Shown: piece after piece, positions 29,431-37,579 of the stretch
How the letters are laid out: each line of letters opens with the position of its first letter
Position numbering within the stretch: position 1 is the first letter of the stretch
Assembly: GCA_045587045.1 (NCBI GenBank)
Contig: JAZNBM010000142.1
Span: forward strand, 3,163 to 67,162
From: Acutalibacteraceae bacterium
Lineage (GTDB): Bacteria > Bacillota > Clostridia > Oscillospirales > Acutalibacteraceae
Direction: 5' to 3'
Length of the DNA stretch: 64,000 bases
Translations under genes and position numbers: made by a program
The notes under the pieces: generated by a model
The model's database searches: none
What the model was told of the DNA's origin: nothing
The model's input: only the letters and a program-made list of their open reading frames with translations

Positions 29431-31776
29431 ATGGGAAAGAAAGAAAAAAAGAACAAGCCGCAACGCAACGAAAAAAACAAGCACAAGTTTCCCGAGCCGT
29501 TGCTGAAAAAGCTTGAGGAAGCAGGTCTTGACACAAAAAATCTGATTTTTTGCTGCACGGGCGATATGGATAACGATGCCTGCTACCGCAGTGCGTGGCT
29601 CTGCTTTGACGAAAAAGGTTTTTACATTGCTTACGGCGTGGAGCAGCTTGTTAAAGCAAAGCGAAAAAAGCACGTGGAAACCGGATTCACGGTTGAAGAA
29701 ATTACCGCCATACCCATTGAAGACATTGATTCGCTCGAAACCGAGCGCTATGTTTCAACAGGCAGGCTTATTGCCGTCAAAGACGGTGAGCAGAGCAGTC
29801 TTGTGCGCTTTTCCGTGGGCAAACTCGGTCAGTTTGACAACATGACAAAGGCTTTCAATTCCTTCAAAGAAAAGGGCGAAGCCGAAATCCCGTCTTCTGC
29901 CGAGCCCGAAGAAAAGAAATGCAAAAAATGCGGCGAGCCCTGCCCCGAAGGCAAGGATTTCTGCAAAAAATGCGGCAAAAACTCCGCCGTTGCCATCCGT
30001 CTTTTCAAGTTTTTCGGCGGATACGTACCGCAGATTGTTGCCATTATTGTAATTATGCTGCTCGGCTCGGCCGTTACGGTTTTTGTGCCGCAGGTCAGCA
30101 CCCGTGCACTGTTTGACGAAGTGCTTGCCAATCCCAACGGTCTGCCTGTTGCAGAGCTTCTGAAGGCACTCGGCACACTCGTGCTCTCAATTTTTGGCAT
30201 AAAGCTGCTCAACACGCTGCTGACCGTGATTCAGCAGTACCTTACGGGCGGAATTATGCCTAAAGTCATCTACGATATCAGAGTCAAAATTTTCAGGGCA
30301 ATGCAGCGCCTTTCGGTCGGCTTCTATTCATCAAAGCAAACGGGCTCACTTATGGAAAGAGTTGTCAGCGATTCCAACAACATTTATTGGTTTTTTGTTG
30401 ACGGCGTTCCCAGTGTCATAATTGACACTGCAACCATTATCGGCGTTCTTGCTCTGATGTTCATTATGAGCTGGAAGCTTTCGCTTATTGTCATTGTTGC
30501 TCTGCCCATACTCTTAACTGCGCTTGTGCTGGGCGATAAGTTTTTCAGAAGGCTTCACCACAGAAACTGGCTTTTCGGCGCAAGAGTTTCCTCTATGGTC
30601 AGCGATAACATCAACGGTCAGCGCGTTATCAAAGCTTTTGCAAAAGAAAACGATGAATTTGACCGTTTCAGCAAGGCAAGCGAGGATCTGATGAATTCAG
30701 AAATCAAGCTCTCCGTTACCGAAGCTACCGTATACCCGATTTTTGAAGTGTTTATCCTTATGCTGTCAACCGTTGTTCTCGGCGCAGGCGGCATTTTGGT
30801 TGCAAAAGGCGAAATGACCGCAGGCACACTGCTCGCTTATATCGTTTATCTTGAAATGCTCAGAGGTCCGTTCGATTTCCTTTCCTGGGTTTCAAACTGG
30901 TGGTCAAGATGTGCGGATTCGGCGCAGAGAGTTTTTGAAATCTGCGATGCCGAGCCCGATATCGTTGAAAAAGAAAATGCCGTCAGCTTTGAAAATCTTC
31001 AGGGTGATATCGAAATAAACGAGCTTGAATTTGAATATGAGCCTGCCAGACCGATTATCAAAAAACTTTCGCTCAAAGTCAAAGCCGGCGATATGCTCGG
31101 CATAGTCGGCAAAACGGGTGCAGGTAAAACAACCATTGCAAACCTTATTGCCAGACTTTACGATGCAAAGGAAGGCTCTGTTAAAATCGACGGTATTGAC
31201 GTACGTGACCTTCAGCTCACCGAGCTTCGCCGCAACATCGGCCTTGTTTCACAGGATATCTATCTTTTCATCGGCACAATTGCCGATAACATTCGCTACG
31301 CAAAACCCGATGCCACGATGAGCGAGGTTATTGCCGCAGCCAAGGCGGCTTCGGCGCACGATTTTATTATGAAACTGCCCGATGCTTATGAAACAAGAGT
31401 CGGCGCAGGCGGACAGAAGCTTTCAGGCGGCGAAAGACAGCGTATTTCCATTGCACGAACAATAATTCAAAATCCCAAAATTCTTATTCTTGACGAAGCT
31501 ACCGCCGCAATGGATACCGAAACCGAGCGCAATATTCAGCATTCGCTCACAAAGCTCAAGGCAGGCAGAACAACCATTGCCATCGCACACAGACTTTCGA
31601 CCCTGCGTGATTCAGATTATCTCGCGGTTATCGACGGCGGCAAAATCATAGAATACGGTACATATTCCGAGCTTCTCAAGCAAAAGGGCGAATTCTATAA
31701 ACAGTATAAGATTCAGTCCGAAGCTCTTAAAACAATCGGCATCGGCACAGGTGAAGCCGACATGGAGGAGGAATAA
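29431..31776 (+). CDS. ABC exporter (TMD+NBD) with N-terminal extension and zinc ribbon
   Basis: CKKC...CKKC, GKTGAGKT, LSGGERQR, ILDEAT, IAHRLST. Confidence 0.93.
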   Translation: MGKKEKKNKPQRNEKNKHKFPEPLLKKLEEAGLDTKNLIFCCTGDMDNDACYRSAWLCFDEKGFYIAYGVEQLVKAKRKKHVETGFTVEEITAIPIEDIDSLETERYVSTGRLIAVKDGEQSSLVRFSVGKLGQFDNMTKAFNSFKEKGEAEIPSSAEPEEKKCKKCGEPCPEGKDFCKKCGKNSAVAIRLFKFFGGYVPQIVAIIVIMLLGSAVTVFVPQVSTRALFDEVLANPNGLPVAELLKALGTLVLSIFGIKLLNTLLTVIQQYLTGGIMPKVIYDIRVKIFRAMQRLSVGFYSSKQTGSLMERVVSDSNNIYWFFVDGVPSVIIDTATIIGVLALMFIMSWKLSLIVIVALPILLTALVLGDKFFRRLHHRNWLFGARVSSMVSDNINGQRVIKAFAKENDEFDRFSKASEDLMNSEIKLSVTEATVYPIFEVFILMLSTVVLGAGGILVAKGEMTAGTLLAYIVYLEMLRGPFDFLSWVSNWWSRCADSAQRVFEICDAEPDIVEKENAVSFENLQGDIEINELEFEYEPARPIIKKLSLKVKAGDMLGIVGKTGAGKTTIANLIARLYDAKEGSVKIDGIDVRDLQLTELRRNIGLVSQDIYLFIGTIADNIRYAKPDATMSEVIAAAKAASAHDFIMKLPDAYETRVGAGGQKLSGGERQRISIARTIIQNPKILILDEATAAMDTETERNIQHSLTKLKAGRTTIAIAHRLSTLRDSDYLAVIDGGKIIEYGTYSELLKQKGEFYKQYKIQSEALKTIGIGTGEADMEEE

Positions 31777-31778
31777 AA

Positions 31779-32294
31779 ATGAGTTCAAACACAATATCTC
31801 CGGAAACACTTAAAACCGAGTACGTTTTACCCGAAAAATGTGTTTTTTCGCTTAACCCCAACGGATTTCTTGCCGCTGAAATTGACGGCAAAGCCTACAA
31901 AAGAGTAATTCTCACACGCTCACTGCCGCTGTCACTTCCCGAGGAATACATCTGCATTTCCGATATTGAGAAAAACGAAGTCGGTATTATCAAAAGAATT
32001 GCAGATTTTTCAAAGGAGCAGCAGGAGCTTATCAACAGCGAGCTTTCGCAGCGTTACTATTGTCCGATAATCGGCAAAATCGAATCCATAAAAGAAAAAA
32101 TGGGTCATTTCTATTTTGACGTTTTAATCGGCGACACAAAAAAATCCTTTGCGGTTAAGGATATCACCAAAAGCATCCGCCAGCACGGCGATGCAATTGA
32201 TGTTACCGATATCGACGGCAACCGTTACAGAATAACGGACTTTGAATCCATTGAAGCAAAGAGCCGCCGCAAATTGGAACCCTATCTTTATTAA
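31779..32294 (+). CDS. DUF1854-like protein
   Basis: RSLPLSLPEEYI, ELSQRYYCPII, DIDGNRYRI motifs; position between two ABC exporters typical of DUF1854. Confidence 0.75.
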   Translation: MSSNTISPETLKTEYVLPEKCVFSLNPNGFLAAEIDGKAYKRVILTRSLPLSLPEEYICISDIEKNEVGIIKRIADFSKEQQELINSELSQRYYCPIIGKIESIKEKMGHFYFDVLIGDTKKSFAVKDITKSIRQHGDAIDVTDIDGNRYRITDFESIEAKSRRKLEPYLY

Positions 32295-32353
32295 TTAAAA
32301 ATAAACAGCTGACAGTGAATAGTTGCGCAAGGCTTAGCCCTTACTCGATTATA
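32293..32353 (+). repeat. Degenerate solo arm of the heptamer-hairpin repeat
   Basis: AGCTGAC AGTGAAT AGTTGC GCAAGGCTTAGCCCTT ACTCGATT; resembles 58797-58855. Confidence 0.6.
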
Positions 32354-32386
32354 TTCACACCAAACATCCGAAAAAGGGGTGAAAAT

Positions 32387-34537
32387 ATGCAAAACAAAGT
32401 GCGGTTTGACCTGACCGCAGACGGAAAATTATGCGACGGTGAGCTGATTTTTGAAAACGGCTGCCTGCTTGCCGTCTGCAACGGCGAAACCGTTTTCAGC
32501 CATAACCTTGACGGAATAGAAGAGCTTCTGCAGCGTTCATATGTGGGCTGCGGTTGCCTTGAGCTTGTGCAAAAAGAAACAAGCGCCGAAATGGAGAATT
32601 CTGTCCCTGTTTGCCGCTTTTCTCTTTCGCAGGCAAACGAAATCGGTGAATTCTGTAAGGTTGTGAACCACTATATAAAAACAGGCGAAGAAACCAAGCT
32701 TTCCCGTGAAGATTTCAGGGTTTGCCCCAAATGCGGCAAGCACTATCCCAAGGGCATTGACGTTTGCCTTTTCTGCGTTGAAAAAAGCTATATTTTAAAA
32801 CGTGCATATAGCCTTGCAAAACCTTATCTCGGCGGTCTTGCGATTTCGGGAATTTTTCTTTCAATCTCAACCGCTCTGGGTGCAATGCTGCCCGTGCTCA
32901 ACGCAAAAATGCTTGACAGCTACCTCACAAACAACGCAATAACAACCGAAGAAAGAATAAGAGGCATTGTTCTTCTTGTTATTCTTATGGCGCTCACGCA
33001 GATTGGCGGCAGAGTTTTTTCTATTATTTCTTTAAGAAGAACAAACCGAATCAGCTCACGCTTCTCAAACGATTTGCGCACCCTTGTTTATGACAAGGTG
33101 CAAAGACTCTCTCTTTCATCAATGTCAAAGAAAACCTCAGGTGACCTGATGAAAAGAGTCACAAACGATACCGAGGTTGTACGCCGTTTTGTGACGGAGC
33201 ACGGTATGTACGCCATCGAAAAGCTGATAATGTTCATCGTTATTCTGATTATACTTATCAGCATAAGTCCTGTTCTGACATTGCTTGTGTTCATTCCCGT
33301 GCCCCTTGTTATTCTTGCTATCAGGGGTTTCTGGAAGTTTATTCATATCCGCTACGAAAAGCAGTGGAGATGCAATTCAAGGTCAACCTCAGTGCTTCAC
33401 GACATTGTTAAAGGTATCAGAGTTGTTAAAACCTTTGGCAGCGAAGAAAGAGAAATCAAAAAGTTTGACAGCCTCTGCCTTCGTCTTGCACAGATTTGCG
33501 CAAGCAACGAACAGCTCTGGGCAAGAGTTTTTCCGTTTCTGTCTTTCTTTATGGGCATTGGCGAATTCCTTGTGCTTTATTTCGGCGGCAGAATGGCAAT
33601 CAACGGACAGATTTCGGTTGGTGAACTGCTTGAATTCACACTTTTCCTTGCCTACATTTATCAGCCTTTGCGCTGGATTTCAACTCTGCCCCGCAGACTC
33701 GGCGAGGTTGCAACAAGCCTTATAAAGATTTTTGAGGTTATCGACGAAAAACAGAGCGTTGAAGATTCCGAAAGTCCCGTTGAAGCAACGCTTGACGGCG
33801 ACATCGTTTTCACCGACGTGCGTTTCGGCTACAAAGCATACGAGCCCGTGCTCAAGGATATAAACCTTACCGTCAAACAAGGCGAAATGATCGGTCTTGT
33901 GGGTCATTCGGGCGCAGGCAAATCAACGCTCATCAACCTGATTATGCGCCTTTATGACACCGATGCAGGCAGCATCACCGTTGGCGGCAAAGACATAAAA
34001 CAGATGCGCCAGAGCGATTACAGAGAAAAGGTCGGCGTTGTTTTTCAGGAAACCTTCCTGTTTGCAGGAACAATTTACGATAACATAGCTTATGCGCGCC
34101 GCTCTGCCGAGCCGAGTGAGGTTATTGCCGCGGCAAAAGCGGCAAACGCCCACGAATTCATTATGAATCTGCCCGACGGCTACAACACAATCGTCGGCGA
34201 AAACGGACACAACCTTTCGGGTGGTGAAAGACAGCGTATATCAATCGCAAGAGCTGTTTTAAGAAACCCCGAAATTCTTATTCTTGACGAGGCGACTTCG
34301 GCTCTTGACCCCGAAACAGAAAGCCTTATTCAGGAAGCACTTGCAAAGCTTGTAAAAGGCAGAACAACGTTTGCCATAGCACACAGGCTTTCAACCCTGC
34401 GTAATGCAGACCGCCTTGTTGTTATTGAAAAAGGCAAAATCGCAGAGGTCGGCACTCACAGGGAGTTGCTTATGCAAAACGGCATTTATGCAAAGCTTGT
34501 TATGGCACAGCGCCAAACAGCAAAGCTTTCAAACTGA
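32387..34537 (+). CDS. ABC exporter (TMD+NBD) with N-terminal extension and zinc ribbon
   Basis: CPKC...CLFC, GHSGAGKS, LSGGERQR, ILDEATS, IAHRLST. Start ATG 32387 after AGGGG. Confidence 0.93.
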   Translation: MQNKVRFDLTADGKLCDGELIFENGCLLAVCNGETVFSHNLDGIEELLQRSYVGCGCLELVQKETSAEMENSVPVCRFSLSQANEIGEFCKVVNHYIKTGEETKLSREDFRVCPKCGKHYPKGIDVCLFCVEKSYILKRAYSLAKPYLGGLAISGIFLSISTALGAMLPVLNAKMLDSYLTNNAITTEERIRGIVLLVILMALTQIGGRVFSIISLRRTNRISSRFSNDLRTLVYDKVQRLSLSSMSKKTSGDLMKRVTNDTEVVRRFVTEHGMYAIEKLIMFIVILIILISISPVLTLLVFIPVPLVILAIRGFWKFIHIRYEKQWRCNSRSTSVLHDIVKGIRVVKTFGSEEREIKKFDSLCLRLAQICASNEQLWARVFPFLSFFMGIGEFLVLYFGGRMAINGQISVGELLEFTLFLAYIYQPLRWISTLPRRLGEVATSLIKIFEVIDEKQSVEDSESPVEATLDGDIVFTDVRFGYKAYEPVLKDINLTVKQGEMIGLVGHSGAGKSTLINLIMRLYDTDAGSITVGGKDIKQMRQSDYREKVGVVFQETFLFAGTIYDNIAYARRSAEPSEVIAAAKAANAHEFIMNLPDGYNTIVGENGHNLSGGERQRISIARAVLRNPEILILDEATSALDPETESLIQEALAKLVKGRTTFAIAHRLSTLRNADRLVVIEKGKIAEVGTHRELLMQNGIYAKLVMAQRQTAKLSN

Positions 34538-34551
34538 ACATATTTTAAGAT

Positions 34552-34588
34552 ACCTGCATCGGCAAACCGCCTTTGCAGGTGTTTTTTT
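34552..34588 (+). terminator. Intrinsic terminator
   Basis: ACCTGCA...TGCAGGT followed by T7. Confidence 0.7.
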
Positions 34589-34728
34589 GCATAGTTTTAT
34601 CAAAAATCCTTGTTTTTCAACAAATGTTGAACTTGAGTTGAAGGTTGGTTGATTTTTCCGTATTAAAATTATCCTGTATTATGGTAGGTATTTCCGCTTA
34701 CCTTCACTCAATCACAAAGGTTGGTTAT

Positions 34729-35748
34729 ATGAATCACAGAATCAAAACGCCGCACAAGCTTCTGGGCGATGACGGCACACTGCTCGAGCCCGGCTGGTCA
34801 ACAAAACTGATAATGGAATATGATCCCCTTGACGTTAAGGCTGACAAAATGAGAATCAAGGAATGGGATTATTACGGCATTGTGTGCGAAAGCGGCTTTG
34901 CCTTTTCTCTCACTGTTGCCGACAGTCGCTATATGGGTGTTGTGAGTACAAACTGCTTTGAATTGCTTGAGGGCAAAAAATATTCCTATATTTCACCCAT
35001 TCCGTTGCCGCTCGGCAAAATGAATATGCCCAGGCACAGTGCCTACGGTGATATAACGGTTGAAAAAAAGCATTGCACCGTTTCAGTCACCCACGAAAAC
35101 GGCGGCAGACGGCTTAAGGGACATTATAGAAAGAATAAATCCCACGGTGAAATTGAGTTTGATATTTTTCTGCACAGCTATGATGGCGACACAATGGTTA
35201 TTGCAACCCCATGGGATGATGACAACACAGCATTTTATTACAACCAGAAAATCAACTGTCTGCCTGCAGAAGGATACGTTAAATATAACGGCAAAACCCA
35301 CGTTTTTAACCCGGAAAAAGATTTCGCAACTCTTGACTGGGGCAGAGGTGTGTGGACTTATGACAACACTTGGTACTGGAGCTCGGGCAACGGTGTAATT
35401 AACGGCAAGCATTTCGGTTTCAACCTCGGTTACGGCTTCGGAAATACCACCGCCGCAAGCGAAAATATGATTTTCTATGACGGAAAATGTCACAAGCTTG
35501 ACCGCATTCTGTTTGATATTCCAAAAAACATTATGCAGCCTTGGCACATCATCAGCTCCGACGGCAGATTTGATATGCGTTTTCAGCCGATTTATCTTAA
35601 CCATAACTACCGCAATGCAGGAATAATCAGCCAGAATTCCCATCAGGTTTTCGGCAAATTTTACGGCGATGCCATTCTTGACAACGGCACAAAGCTGCAC
35701 CTTGACGGACTTACCGCATTTGCCGAAAAAGTAAGAAACAGATATTGA
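34729..35748 (+). CDS. DUF2804-like protein
   Basis: RIKEWDYY, FYYNQKINC, LDWGRGVW, GFNLGYGFG, HQVFGKF. Confidence 0.75.
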   Translation: MNHRIKTPHKLLGDDGTLLEPGWSTKLIMEYDPLDVKADKMRIKEWDYYGIVCESGFAFSLTVADSRYMGVVSTNCFELLEGKKYSYISPIPLPLGKMNMPRHSAYGDITVEKKHCTVSVTHENGGRRLKGHYRKNKSHGEIEFDIFLHSYDGDTMVIATPWDDDNTAFYYNQKINCLPAEGYVKYNGKTHVFNPEKDFATLDWGRGVWTYDNTWYWSSGNGVINGKHFGFNLGYGFGNTTAASENMIFYDGKCHKLDRILFDIPKNIMQPWHIISSDGRFDMRFQPIYLNHNYRNAGIISQNSHQVFGKFYGDAILDNGTKLHLDGLTAFAEKVRNRY

Positions 35749-35842
35749 TAGTTTGGGCAGAGGCATTGCTTCTGCCCTTATTGATTTATTGCGCTGAATG
35801 GTGTAATATAATTACATTACCGAGTATTTGAGGATGATACAG

Positions 35843-36514
35843 ATGTTTAAAATTCTTATTGCAGAAGACGATACCGAGCTGCGTGACCTTTTCGGGCACG
35901 TGCTGCTCAAAAACGGTTATTCCGTAAAGGGTGTTTCAAACGGCAAAGAGGCTCTTGATGCACTTGACGAAAGCTATTACGACCTGATCATATCCGATAT
36001 TATGATGCCCGTTATGGACGGCTATGAGCTTGTGCGCAGTCTGCGCGGAGCAGGTAACAACATACCCGTGCTGACTATCACCGCCAAGGATGCTTTTGAC
36101 GATATGCGCCTCGGCTTTCTTTCGGGTATGGATGATTATATGATAAAGCCTATAAACGTAAACGAAATGGTGCTTCGTGTAGGCTCACTTTTAAGAAGAG
36201 CTCAGGTGATGAACGAGCGCAGACTGACCTTCGGCTCAACGGTTATGGAGTGTGACTCGCTCACCGTTTCAAGCGGCGGAGAAAATATGATTCTGCCGCA
36301 GAAAGAGTTTATGCTGCTTTACAAAATGGCTTCTTTCCCCGGCAAAATCTTCACCCGTCAGCAGCTTATGGACGATATATGGGGTTACGATTCCGTAACC
36401 GACACCCACACCGTTGACGTTCATATCGGCAGACTGCGTGAGAGATTCAAGGATAACAAGGATTTCAGAATTGTTACTATGAGAGGCGTCGGCTACAAGG
36501 TGGAGAAAGCATGA
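35843..36514 (+). CDS. OmpR-family response regulator (HssR-like)
   Basis: ILIAEDD, SDIMMP, DDYMIKP, FTRQQLMDDIWG, VDVHIGRLR. Confidence 0.93.
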   Translation: MFKILIAEDDTELRDLFGHVLLKNGYSVKGVSNGKEALDALDESYYDLIISDIMMPVMDGYELVRSLRGAGNNIPVLTITAKDAFDDMRLGFLSGMDDYMIKPINVNEMVLRVGSLLRRAQVMNERRLTFGSTVMECDSLTVSSGGENMILPQKEFMLLYKMASFPGKIFTRQQLMDDIWGYDSVTDTHTVDVHIGRLRERFKDNKDFRIVTMRGVGYKVEKA

Positions 36515-37536
36515 AAAAAACAAAAAACAAAAACAAGCGAAAGCTGTGGACTTACTTTTTATCCTGCGTATTTGTCGGCTTCGGCATAACAATTCCGCTT
36601 CAGATTCTTCTTGCCGCACTCGTCAACCATTTTCTTGTTGACGTGCAGATAAACCTGCCCAACCTGATATGGATTACTTTTGTAAGTATTATCGCAGGCG
36701 GCATAGTTATGTCTTTTGCATCAAAGGTTGTTATCTCCCCTCTCACAAAGCTCAGCACGGCAATGACGAAGGTTGCACAGGGTGACTTTGAAACACAGAT
36801 TGAAACCGAAAGCAGACTTGAAGCCATTCAGGATATTTACACCAATTTCAACCTTATGGTCGATGAGCTAAATGCAACCGAAACCCTGCAGACTGACTTT
36901 GTTTCAAACGTTTCACACGAAATCAAAACCCCCATAACCGCCATTGAAGGCTATGCCACTCTTTTGCAGGACTGCAACGACCCCGAGGCAAAGGCGGAAT
37001 ATATTGAAAAAATTCTTGCAGGCACAAAACGTCTTTCGGAGCTTGTGGGCAACGTGCTGCTGCTCTCAAAGGTTGATAACAAGGCGATTCAGGCTAAAAA
37101 AACAACCTACCGTCTGGATGAGCAGATACGGCAGGCAATTCTTATGCTTGAGCCTAAATGGAGCGCTAAAAGCATTGATTTTGATGTCGATATGGATGAA
37201 ATTGAGTACACGGGCGACAAGGGACTGATGTTCCACGTGTGGAATAACCTTATTGACAACGCAATCAAATTCAGCCCCGATGGCGGTCTTGTAAGGATTT
37301 CGCTTAAATCAAAAGAAAACAAAACCGTTTTTACCGTTGCGGATAACGGCTGCGGCATAAATTCCGAAGAAAAAACTCGTATTTTTAATAAATTCTATCA
37401 GAGCGATAACTCACACAAATCAGAGGGCAACGGTCTGGGGCTTCCCTTGACAAAGAATATACTGAGCCTGTGCGACGGTGAAATTGAAGTTGACAATGCT
37501 CCCCACGGCGGTGCAGTATTTACGGTAACAATATGA
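36511..37536 (+). CDS. HAMP-domain sensor histidine kinase (HssS-like, intramembrane sensing)
   Basis: Two closely spaced TMs, HAMP, VSHEIKTP, NLIDNAIKF, DNGCG, GNGLGL. Confidence 0.93.
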   Translation: MKKTKNKNKRKLWTYFLSCVFVGFGITIPLQILLAALVNHFLVDVQINLPNLIWITFVSIIAGGIVMSFASKVVISPLTKLSTAMTKVAQGDFETQIETESRLEAIQDIYTNFNLMVDELNATETLQTDFVSNVSHEIKTPITAIEGYATLLQDCNDPEAKAEYIEKILAGTKRLSELVGNVLLLSKVDNKAIQAKKTTYRLDEQIRQAILMLEPKWSAKSIDFDVDMDEIEYTGDKGLMFHVWNNLIDNAIKFSPDGGLVRISLKSKENKTVFTVADNGCGINSEEKTRIFNKFYQSDNSHKSEGNGLGLPLTKNILSLCDGEIEVDNAPHGGAVFTVTI

Positions 37537-37540
37537 AGCA

Positions 37541-37577
37541 AACAACCCGAAGGCTAAAAGCTTTCGGGTTGTTTTTT
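37541..37577. terminator. Bidirectional terminator
   Basis: AACAACCCGAAGGC-TAAAA-GCTTTCGGGTTGTT. Confidence 0.85.
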
Positions 37578-37579
37578 GC

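Noticed and set aside
35083-35766. Long antisense ORFs (also 9009-9665, 19529-20170, 42833-43474, 44252-44860)
   Set aside because: Antisense shadows of well-supported genes, with no motifs or RBS noted.
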